A stretch of 64,000 nt of DNA from Histomonas meleagridis 2922-C6/04-290x (lineage: Eukaryota > Protista > Parabasalia). Position 1 is the stretch's first letter. Each line of letters begins with the position of its first letter. Under the pieces are notes generated by a model. It worked only from the letters and a program-made list of their open reading frames with translations. It searched no databases and was not told where the DNA came from. Of this stretch, positions 54,109-64,000 are shown one piece after another. The stretch lies in NCBI GenBank assembly GCA_020184695.1, contig JAANOX010000003.1:71718-135717 (forward strand), in the 5' to 3' direction. Made by a program: the position numbers and the translations under genes.

Positions 54109-54466
54109 TATTTATAATAAATAAATTATTATTCATTTCATTATATTTTGTAAATTATATACTACTGAAGAAATTCAACAAAAATTTAAAGATGAAATCA
54201 AAACGAATATTTTTGGTTCATCGATAAAATTAATGAACATTATGTAGAACTTTATAAGAAGTAATTAAAGAAGGAGTAAATCCGAATAAAATTGCGAAAA
54301 TAATTTCATGAAATATTGAGATAAAATTAAAGCTCATATTACAGCTTACGAAACAAAACAATCTAAAAGCAAAAATATTGTAGAAATGTGTAGTGAAAAC
54401 CGATAGTTTTTGGCGGGTTTTATGTTAAATTCATAATAAATCACACACAGACACTGAAGTATCAAT

Positions 54467-54826
54467 ATGTCCTTTGATACAGAAGATTTTGCATTTCAAA
54501 CTACTTACGAAAATATTGAACAAAATTCTATAAGACAAAATAAACAAATGAAAAGATTCTCACAAATACCAAAATTAAATCAACAAAAATATCAAGAATC
54601 AAAAAGAAAAAAGAACCATGAATTTTTAGTGCATGACAAAACACCTGATCAATTAGATGAAATTGTTTTAAATATAAAGGAATTGACAGAAAAAATGGTT
54701 GACATCAGAATTAAGCTCGATCAAGTTGAAGAAGACAATGACAATTTGGAAAAAGAAAATGCTAAATTGGAAGAAATTCTCACATTACTAAAAAAGGAAA
54801 ATAAAATTAAACAATGTGCAAATTAG
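54467..54826 (+). CDS. small coiled-coil protein
   Basis: 119-aa ORF with C-terminal heptads; ATG preceded by promoter-like sequence. Confidence 0.55.
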   Translation: MSFDTEDFAFQTTYENIEQNSIRQNKQMKRFSQIPKLNQQKYQESKRKKNHEFLVHDKTPDQLDEIVLNIKELTEKMVDIRIKLDQVEEDNDNLEKENAKLEEILTLLKKENKIKQCAN

Positions 54827-55117
54827 TACAAGAAGTAAAGATACTGTTACCGATCTCATACCATGCATCTATTTTCGTAAAATGCTTTTTGAAATACATT
54901 TTCTTGAAAATCAAAATTTTAATGAAATACATTTTCAATTTAAAATCATTCTCTCATTTTATTGAAACATGTATTGTTCTAACATATATTTTAGAAAATT
55001 CGAAGAAGGGACAAACATTAACATTGAATGTTTGTCAAAATTTGGGTGTAAAATGTTTAGATTCCTTGAACAATATGACATAAATTTGATTTCTTAATTC
55101 ATATTAAATCAATAACG

Positions 55118-55390
55118 TTGTTCGTTACATTACATTTCCATATTGAAGAAGGTAAACGGCTTTCTTCGACGGTTGATTTAAATGAAGATATTGATTCAAA
55201 AAATGAAGAATATGATGAAATTATTAATTCATTATTGAGAAACCTTGGAGTTCACCCAAATACAAGAAGATATGATGAAAAAATTTATCAATTAGCATCC
55301 AATATTAATTCGATCTCGCCACAAGCTTTATGTTATATTAGATCTTTTATTCCATTACCTTCTTATTCATCAATGCATAATCATTCATAA
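55118..55390 (+). pseudogene. P-element/THAP9-like transposase fragment
   Basis: RRYDEKIYQLASNINSISPQALCYIRSFIPLPSYSSM matches the P-transposase RY..A.....SP.AY.Y.R....LPS motif; no catalytic region follows. Confidence 0.55.
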
Positions 55391-55807
55391 AAATTTATGC
55401 AAAAAATATTTTAAATAAACAATCACATTTTTTTGAATAACAAATCATATATTTTTATTCAGGAAATAAATAAAGACCACCGCACTTCAATAAAAAGTTG
55501 CACTCAATTTATTATTGACTAAGCTGATTTTTTTTTAAATTTTAATAAAAATGATAAAGAATAATAGTTTAGAAAATAAACACATCTAATATGCAACATC
55601 AGCATATAGGAAATAACCCAAAATTCCGGAAAAAACATGGTTGAAATCATATCGAATTTCGAAAAATTGCACAGTCGAAATTTCGAAACGAGGGTATTTT
55701 TGTAATCTCATACCAATGCTATCCTTAACCTAAAGTTATAGTTGAAAAAATATTGCAGGATTTTGAGTTTTAGGACCTCATAAAAAATAATTCGGTACAA
55801 AACATAT

Positions 55808-56932
55808 TTACCTATTTGTTGCTGTTCTCCTTCCTGTCTTTCTTGATTTTGTTCTTTTCCTTGTCGGCTTAGGAGCAGTTTCCAAGAATTTTCGAATTTC
55901 CGCTTGTAATATTAATGTTGAAGCGATTAATTCCTGATTTGTTCTGTTGGCATTATTCGTTTTCACAACGTATCCTTGTTCTTCATGTCTTAAAGGTGCT
56001 CTTCTTTTCTCTATTTCCTCATATTCTTCTTTTAACTCCTTTAATTCTCTTTCTTTTTCTTCCGCATCTTCGCGAGCTTTTAATATTTTCGTTGTTAGAT
56101 CGGTCATTTCTTCGTCATATTTCGTAATGAGTTCTTGTATAGCTTCTTCTTCTTTTCGGAGTGTTCGACGTTGTTTACCTTCTTCATCAGAATTCGCCTT
56201 TTGCGCTGACGATAATTCCATTTTAGTTTCTGCAAGTTGTTGTTTAAGTGATTCTTCTTGTGTTTGAACTTCTTCTGGATTTACATCTTCTTGTTGTATT
56301 GCTGCTTCATTTGCACGTGCTTGTTGAATTTGATGTTTAATTTCATCTAAAGTGTCTTCTTTGGAATGGACTTTTTTCTCCATTTCTTGTGTGAGTGATA
56401 AAAGTCGTGTGTTAAGTTGATTAATATAATCTCGTGATGTCTTTTTTCGTTGTTGGATTTCTTGGATCATACGCTTTTGTTTTTGATCGCTTTCAACAGG
56501 TGTAGAAAAGGTTAAATTCATCATATCATTTAAATCTTGCATAATGGATATTAATTTAGTGGAATTATTATTATCAGTTTGTTGTTGTAAAAGTGGTGCA
56601 AAAAAATCTGAATGTTTTTTCATGACACGAATTAAGTCACGGGCTGAGTCTTTATATAAAATTGTTTCATCTTCAAGTTCTAATTGACGATCTTGTTTTG
56701 CTTGTCCATCTGCATTAATCATGGATGAAATATCATGTTGGCGAGTAAGAAATTCAGCATGAGCAACTTGCAGTTCTTCATCAAGATCTTCTCGCCCTTC
56801 TAGAAAATCATTTAATGTAGGGAGAAGTAAAGCATATTCAATACGACTTTTACAGTCTTCAAGAACAGCAAGAATTCTTCTGGCTTCTATTGAAGAAACT
56901 GTATTTCGATTTGGAGTTTCATTTGTTTTCAT
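55808..56932 (-). CDS. DRC10: dynein regulatory complex protein 10 (IQCD)-like
   Basis: SSIEARRILAVLEDCKSRIE N-terminal motif, long coiled coil, IQ-like LILQAEIRKF and basic tail. Confidence 0.65.
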   Translation of the reverse strand: MKTNETPNRNTVSSIEARRILAVLEDCKSRIEYALLLPTLNDFLEGREDLDEELQVAHAEFLTRQHDISSMINADGQAKQDRQLELEDETILYKDSARDLIRVMKKHSDFFAPLLQQQTDNNNSTKLISIMQDLNDMMNLTFSTPVESDQKQKRMIQEIQQRKKTSRDYINQLNTRLLSLTQEMEKKVHSKEDTLDEIKHQIQQARANEAAIQQEDVNPEEVQTQEESLKQQLAETKMELSSAQKANSDEEGKQRRTLRKEEEAIQELITKYDEEMTDLTTKILKAREDAEEKERELKELKEEYEEIEKRRAPLRHEEQGYVVKTNNANRTNQELIASTLILQAEIRKFLETAPKPTRKRTKSRKTGRRTATNR

Positions 56933-57702
56933 TTTTTGGAGAATCTGTTAGTATACGTTAAGTAGATCGCACTTTTCCTCTGGCGCTTTTTACATATTGG
57001 ATGAAATGTTATGTGAAAAAAATGAATCCCGAGGCAAAAAATTTTTGTCAATAAAATGAAATATTCAGTATAATGAAACATGAAAATATATTCATGATCA
57101 AAAAGTATTATTAAATTGATACTAGAGTTCTCAGGTAGGGACAAACCGTTGACACTGAAGGCCCATTCCATGTGATATGTGTAAACATTTTTTTGTACTT
57201 TTTTGAATGAAATTTCTCATTGAGCTAAGGTGTAAACTGTGTTTCATTTTTATTTTCTTCTACCAGCTTCAATTGCCTTTTTTTTTAAGTATTGAAGTTA
57301 CGAGCTTTTAAATTACTCAACGATGATTTTTTTCTGTGGAGACCTATTTATTAAAGGTAAATTTTTCTATCAGTCCATATTCAAACAAATCAGCTGATTG
57401 ACAATATTGTTCTTTTAAGTAGTTTACATTATATGTAATACATTCATTTTCTTTACATCAATACAAATCATACGATAGGACTTTTTGAACACGTTCATCA
57501 TTTCGAGGGTAAACAACAGAGTTCGCGTAGATGATTGTGTAAAATCTCATTTGCCATGGTAACATACTGAATTATATATTCTCCTTTAAGGAAAAATGAC
57601 AACTTTTCTTAATGAAAAGATGTAGTCATCCATATAAATCCTCTGTACGATTTTTTTTATATTTGAAATTTATAGTTAACTGGTGATAAAAATCATCTTT
57701 TT

Positions 57703-57787
57703 ACACACACACAGCACACATTCCACTTCGTTTCAGTGTGCACTTCGCTTCGCTCGGTGTGTGGCTTCGCACTACGTGCTCAGCGTC
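57703..57787. repeat. candidate Maverick terminus: (AC)n microsatellite plus CTTCG-rich palindromic motifs
   Basis: ACACACACACAGCACACA..CTTCGTTTCAG..CTTCGCTTCGCTCGG..GCTTCGCACTACGTGCTCAG. Confidence 0.55.
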
Positions 57788-58268
57788 AGTATACATAATC
57801 AATATTAAATATATTACTGTATATATATATATTAATAGGCATGTGATTGAATATATAATCCATTGAATATGTATAATAATTATTGAATATATATTTGTAC
57901 AGAACCAATCATATGTATAGATAAATTATATATATTATTGATATTATTTTAGTTTATTATTTCATCAAAAGTAGAAGCGTAAAAAAAACGCACCATATAG
58001 AAAACAGAGGCATGAAAAAATCACATTAAAAAGACTATAAATCCACACTAATCCATTGATATTTTGATCATAAAGCAGAAGACAAAAAAACTCATTTTGG
58101 GGTCTAAACTCTAAAATGCCAATTTCATCTGTGCATCTGTGCAAGATACAAAATCATTATAAATTTACTATAAATCATCGTAATAGTAAACATTGAACAA
58201 AAATAAAGGGTTTTTATATATAAATCATTGTAATTATTAAGTATATAATGTTAAGTATATAAATAATA

Positions 58269-59421
58269 TTATTCATTATTAAAATATTCTTTTTCAATAG
58301 TACTCATTATTTGAGAAGTATTTCCTCTAAGATAACTTACTGGTATAGTATCTTTACAAGATTTTTTACCAGGAACTTTAAATAATACAGTATATTTATC
58401 TTTAGCTTTATTATAATCAAGTATTTTTATAACTTCACCATTCCATCTATTAGGTATAGTATTAGCAAGCTTTGGTTTATGATGATAATCATCTACAGCA
58501 ATTAATTGATATTTAGGCTTAGTTATAACAGTACCATGATTAGCAATTAATGTATACATATTACCTTTACGATCATCAATTTTATAACATTCTCTACTAA
58601 TCTGATAACGTTTTTTATGAATTCCATAATGTCTAGGTAATATATATCTTACATAAGAACCTACTGGTATAATTAAATTTTTTATCCTTTGTTGGTATTT
58701 CAGCTAATTCTAAACATTTAGATATATACTCTTTTTCTAAGTATCTTGGAATATCATTAAACATTTTATTAGGAGTACATCCTATAGAAAAATGATAACT
58801 ATTATTATATATGTTTATAAACTTATTCATTCTTTTAGGAGTTATAATATAAGTATATTTTATATTATGAGACTGATGTTTACTCTTTTCAGTTATAGTA
58901 TTCATATCACGTAATGTTCTAATGAATCTATCTATAATACCTAAACTACTATGGTTTTTATCTGTAATAATATGCATACTAACATTATTATCTGTTGATA
59001 ATTTTACATTGTTTTTATCTGAAAAACCAGGTTCTTCATCAGATGTTAGTTTTACAGAATGATATTTATTGATAAATTGTTTTGATGTATGATTAATATT
59101 CTTAGCAGATTTATATTGTAAAGGATATGCTACTACATATCTATTATTAGTACCAATGAATATATGCCAATATCTAGGGTTTCTACCACTAGTGTTGTCA
59201 TATGAATCATGGAACCTAATATCAGGTCTATTACTGGATATTTTAATTATATATGGTTTAATATCTTTTATTTTAATAAATTTGTCCTTCAATCTTTTAT
59301 CTACAATATTTTTAATAATTTCATTTTTGACGTTTAAATGTTTGTTTTTAACATGTTTTTTCACATGATTATATGTTTTAGAATGTGTTTTATCAATAGT
59401 ATCATTTATAGATGTTTTCAT
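58269..59421 (-). pseudogene. Maverick retroviral-type (rve) integrase, frameshifted near 58670
   Basis: FHD..HIFIGTNNRY..LTSDEE..HSSLGIIDRFIRTL..YNNSYHFSIGCTP; shifted frame continues PVGSYVRYI..KRYQISRECYKI into ORF 58269-58559. Confidence 0.85.
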
Positions 59422-59470
59422 TTATTTTGCTTATTTTATTACATATAATAGTTATTTTTCTATAATTAAA

Positions 59471-59913
59471 ATGGGATTAGGTAATATATTTGGTGGAATT
59501 AAAAATTAGTTCAAGGAGGTGGTCGTTTAGTTAAAAATATTATTGATAAAGGTAAGCAAATATGGGGTCATTCATCACCTATAATAAGTAATAGTGGTAA
59601 AATTATTAGTAAAATACCTGGTGCTCCACAAATTATTAAAAATAAAAAAGATAAGATAACTGATATCGTGAATCAGTACGTTGATATGATACCTGATAGT
59701 AAATTAAAGGATAAGATTATAGGTGCTATAGATAGGGGTAAACAAGTATCAGATAGAGTTATAAATAAAGTACAGAAAATTAGTGATAAAACACAACTAT
59801 ATATAACAACAGGTAAAAATATATATACTAAATTAAATCAAACAAAACCAGCTACACAACAACAACCTATTAATAGTATAAACACATCTGGTGTAAAATT
59901 ATTTTATATATAA
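59471..59913 (+). pseudogene. amphipathic protein VI-like (membrane-lytic) Maverick ORF, 1-nt frameshift after codon 12
   Basis: MGLGNIFGGIKN / LVQGGGRLVKNIIDKGKQIWG..., open from there to TAA at 59913. Confidence 0.5.
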
Positions 59914-60309
59914 AATAAGGATTTTTTTATCACATAAATGACTGAAACAGAAATTGAAATAGATAAAATTTTAAATAATACTGATGATGAAAATAATACT
60001 GATAATGATAATATTAATAAAGTATCATCAAATGACCACATAATCATTGATAAATAACTCATCAAAAAATCAACTAATGAAACGAGAAATATTAAAAATA
60101 ATGATGCTAGTTTTTTCCCGATTCTACAGGGATAATGAAAACCCAACCCAACCCAATGGGTAAAGCCGAATTGTAGTATACTTTATATCATAAATGAAGT
60201 CATCTCAGTTCACTTTTTTTCACCAAAATTTCACTGTTTGAATAAATACACTTTTTATTTTAATCTGCGTATAAACCGAAATAACTAATGATTTTCGCAA
60301 CAATAACCT

Positions 60310-60460
60310 AAAAGCCGTTTTTCCTGTATCGAACATAATTTTCGGAATAAAACCCCTTCGCGTAACGATAGCTCAGGTTGGGCAACAATAGCTCAACTTA
60401 AAAGCGGTTTTACCCATATCGTACATAATTTTCTGAATATAACCGTTTCGGGCAACGATA
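60310..60460 (+). repeat. two 61-bp direct repeats, period 90 (60310-60370, 60400-60460)
   Basis: AAAAGCCGTTTTTCCTGTATCGAACATAATTTTCGGAAT.. vs AAAAGCGGTTTTACCCATATCGTACATAATTTTCTGAAT.. Confidence 0.8.
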
Positions 60461-61565
60461 CGGGCTAATTGAATGCAATTGAAATTTGTCATCGTACCAC
60501 CAAATGAATCACCTGTAACACTCAAATTATTAAACTAATTAATTCCTCAAAACGAATGACATATGACAGTCATACCAAAATTGATATGTTTAAGTCAATA
60601 ATGCCGCTAAAAAATTAGCAAATTTAATCATTTCATTATTATATATTTTGGATTTGGCAACTCAAAAATTCTAAAACCAACCCATAATTTCAAAATTACA
60701 TCATTACTTGAAATTATAGTAATCGAAATTAAAGGAATTATCACATATTTATCTATAAATATTTACAGATGTATTTGAAAGAAGTCGATCATTTTACATC
60801 CAAAAGTTACATAAACTATTGAATAAAAAATCATAAAAAATTTAGAATATCTTAATATATATAATATATTCAAACATAATGAAACAATGTTCTTAAATAT
60901 TACATATCTAGTGTTATATACACATATAATATTTAAACTTTTTATTGAAGAAATATTCGTCAGGTACCATTAACGTTTCTTGACAAATTACTTTATTTGT
61001 TTCCAGAAATCGCAAATGATTTTGGGATATTTTTTTTGCCCAGGGCAAAAAAAATATGTCGAATTAGCAACATTATTATAATTAATAATGCTAAAAATAA
61101 TATTGATAATGAATATTATGATGTGATTTTTTATAAAAATGGTAATTCAAGAATAGTATTAAAAAAAGATATTAATAAAAATTAAGCGTATAATAACCTT
61201 AATATCACTGAAAATAAATCATTAAAAAAGAAATATATAACAATTTTATCAGATAATCAATTTTGATTCAACATATGTTAAAATCAAATTCTCGTATCGA
61301 AAAATTAAAGAATAAACAAAAAAAAAAAATAGAATCATAGATATATAAAAAATGGAGTGTGATATTTATGAAAATATTGATGAAAATGATTATATTATTG
61401 ATAATAATAATATTCATAATTAAAATATTACTGATAATATAGATAATGAAAAACAATCAATTGAATTATATGATAAGTCTCATAACAATAATAATAACTA
61501 TAAATATAATATTAAACAAAGAGGATGAAGAAAGTTAGTATCATATCAATAAATATATAACTGCA

Positions 61566-63275
61566 ATGTTTTATTATAATATAAATATTATGCCAAAAAA
61601 ATATCTCAAAAGAATAAATAGAGAAAATAAAAAATTAAGGAAAACACTACTCAGAAGAATAATGAAACATATTAATAAATCATCAAATAGATCTAATAAT
61701 AATAATTTTAATAAAAATAATAATTCTGCTAGATCAAAAATTATGAATAATTTATCTCCTATGCCAATATCTATATCACAAACACCACCAAATATCAATA
61801 TAGATGCTATACATAATATAAGAAATAATAATGATATTAGACAACAACAAATCACTGACATAAATAATGAAAAAGAAACTGAATTAGCAAGTAAAAAATT
61901 ATCAGATAAGCAAAAACAAGAAATGTTAGCAGAAACTAAGCGTCAACAACAATTATATGAAGATGAAAAATCACGTAGAGAATATGTTGGATAACAATTA
62001 GAAGAACAACGTAATTTAAACAAACAACGTGAAATAGAAAATGGAAAATATTCTAATATACTACATGAGCTTAAGAAAACACAACATGATAATGATATTG
62101 ATTAATTAATAGATGAAAATGCTACTATACAAGCACAACTTGCAGAAGCAAAATCATTATCACAAGATAAACAATTTGAACTCAAAAAAAAAATGAATAT
62201 CATCGTAAAAATAGTAGTTTACAAAAAGAATTACAAAAAATTAATGATGAAAATGATATATTGCAAAAAGTATTAACATCAGATGATTATACAAAAGCTA
62301 ATGAAATAGCAAAAATTCGTCAACAAGAATCGGAGAAATCAAGATATGAAAATGATATATTAAAATATAAAAATGATTTGAAAATATATAATAGATTTAG
62401 AAAAACAAAAATTAATAGCATCAACTAATTTATCACAAGAAGAATATGATAATATGTTTAATAAACATATATCTCATATGCATAGTTTATTTGCAGATAT
62501 TAATAAGTATAAACAACTACAAAATAATGAAAGAATCAATGAATTAACATATGATACATTAAATGAACTAGAAGAAAAAGCACAACGTGAATATATCAAT
62601 AGTTTACATGATGTAGATAAATTACAAAATTTTAATGAATCATCTGATTAAAATCTGATTACAAGTACTAATAATACAATAAAACTAATAAATTCAAAAG
62701 TTAAAAACGATATTCATAAAATTAAATTAGAGAAGAAAATCAAACATAAAAATGATTTACGTAAATTCTATGAAAATAAACTATACCAAGAAGAAGTGTC
62801 AAAATACTTAGATTTCGATGAACATAAAAAGCATATTAAAAAATCTACTGATCTAATGATAAAAACTCATCAAATTAATAAGCAAAATGATGATCTTGAA
62901 AAGATTATAAAACATAAAGAAGAAATAGAAAAAGCATATATTATAAATGATATTAATAATAGCATAGCATTAACTGATAAATCCAATGAGCAAATTGCTG
63001 CTGTAGTAATGGATAAAACACAAGATATATTAAATAAAATCAATAAAGATAATCAACAACGTATTGAATTATATAAACAATTATTACAAATAATTAACAG
63101 TAATGAAATTATGTTTAATAATTTTTTAATACAAAATCCATTATACAGAGATATATTTAATCAACTATATAATTCTCAAGGAAATGAAGGCAGTATTACT
63201 GCAATTACTGATATGATTAATAAATATTATGACTTTTTGAAAAAATCCAATGAAGAAGAAAAACGTTTACATTAA
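61566..63275 (+). pseudogene. fragmented Maverick coiled-coil/low-complexity ORFs
   Basis: ORF pieces 61566-61994, 62454-62651, 62796-63275 share N/K/E/Q-rich composition and are separated by stops and frameshifts. Confidence 0.55.
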
Positions 63276-63331
63276 TATATAATAAACATGTATTATTTTT
63301 AACATATATATATGTTTTTTTGATTATTAAA

Positions 63332-64000
63332 ATGTACGCACCTCAAAATCAACAACCTGATGTTATGGATGCTATGAGCAGTAATTTATAAGATTGATAT
63401 AATGCAGTTAATGATTGTTCGAAATTATCAATAATTATACCTGGAAATTATGAATATACTACAGCTACTTCTAATGGAAATGTTGGTGATATTCATGAAG
63501 GTGATACTACTTATGTAGATATAGCTACTGACAGATTTAAAATTATAAGTTTAGATAATTCATATATTACTTTAAAACAAACTATTACTATTACAGTTCC
63601 TGATCAAACAAATTTATTATTTAAAGAATATTATATCGGATACAAATGTTCATGTGATGCTATTGATCAATACAGAATTTATAGTAATACTGATAAAATA
63701 CAAGATATTCATAATGCTAGATATGAATGGTTTATGTTTTATAACAGTTTATCTGATGAAGCTAAGGCCGGTAATGATTGTTTTGCAACAATAGATAAAA
63801 TTAGAAATCATGATCCGTTAGTTCCTGGTGTTTATGTTGATTTATCAGCAATAGCAGCTTCAAAACAAATTACTGTTGAAATTCCTTTACGTATACCTTT
63901 ATCTTATTTCTTATTATTATTTAATATGAGATATTATCCAAATTGGGCTGGTAAATTATCTATAGAAATAATGCCTTCTCATCAAAATTTAGTTATAGCC
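63332..64000 (+). pseudogene. Maverick major capsid protein-like gene (5' part), two premature stops
   Basis: ATG 63332; TAA 63389 and TGA 63395; then open to the window end (YVDIATDRFKIISLDNSYITL..YIGYK..DPLVPGVYV..IPLSYF..YPNWAGKLSIEIMPS); beta-rich. Confidence 0.5.

Larger units (their letters stand above)
57703..64000. mobile_element. degenerate Maverick/Polinton, left part (continues past window end)
   Basis: Abrupt shift to very AT-rich sequence after an (AC)n terminus; integrase, pVI-like and capsid-like genes with stops and frameshifts. Confidence 0.8.

Noticed and set aside
56945-56972. Possible 28-nt 5'-UTR intron GTGCGA..ACTAACAG upstream of DRC10 (minus strand)
   Set aside because: ACTAAC lies only 2 nt from AG, shorter than known trichomonad spacing, and splicing gives no upstream in-frame ATG

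Overview
AT-rich, intron-poor eukaryotic DNA from a parabasalid (Tritrichomonas/Trichomonas-like). This is inferred from a hydrogenosomal NuoE with an ML-S..R presequence, BspA LRR and DUF3447-ankyrin families, M3-type promoter motifs and a Maverick. Housekeeping genes: divergent actin/ARP, Cdc15/SepA-like kinase, C-terminal NOL6/Utp22, TFIIH p44, alpha-amylase, papain-family protease, importin-beta-like, DRC10-like. Mobile DNA: a complete MULE transposon (116-bp TIRs, 9-bp TSD), a P-like transposase fragment, and a decaying Maverick/Polinton running off the right end. The most striking unexplained structure is in three separate ankyrin loci. There, ~90-nt ankyrin-coding units, stop-free apart from the terminal TAA, alternate with AT-rich spacers of exactly 80 nt (13 unambiguous cases). 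The spacers shift frame, often carry stops, share a fixed-position TTTGGAA motif and lack consistent GT-AG ends, which suggests non-canonical introns or another excision/recoding system. Also notable: a diverged inverted pair of ~210-bp promoter-plus-transcript-like elements, and two surface proteins with apparent bacterial domains (fimbrillin-like, Firmicutes DUF5057-like) on one shared stalk-TM-EEDPF anchor. Further points are an adenovirus protein VI-like ORF in the Maverick and a 5'-to-3' Leu codon gradient in long genes. All family calls come from motif recognition by eye; no searches were run.
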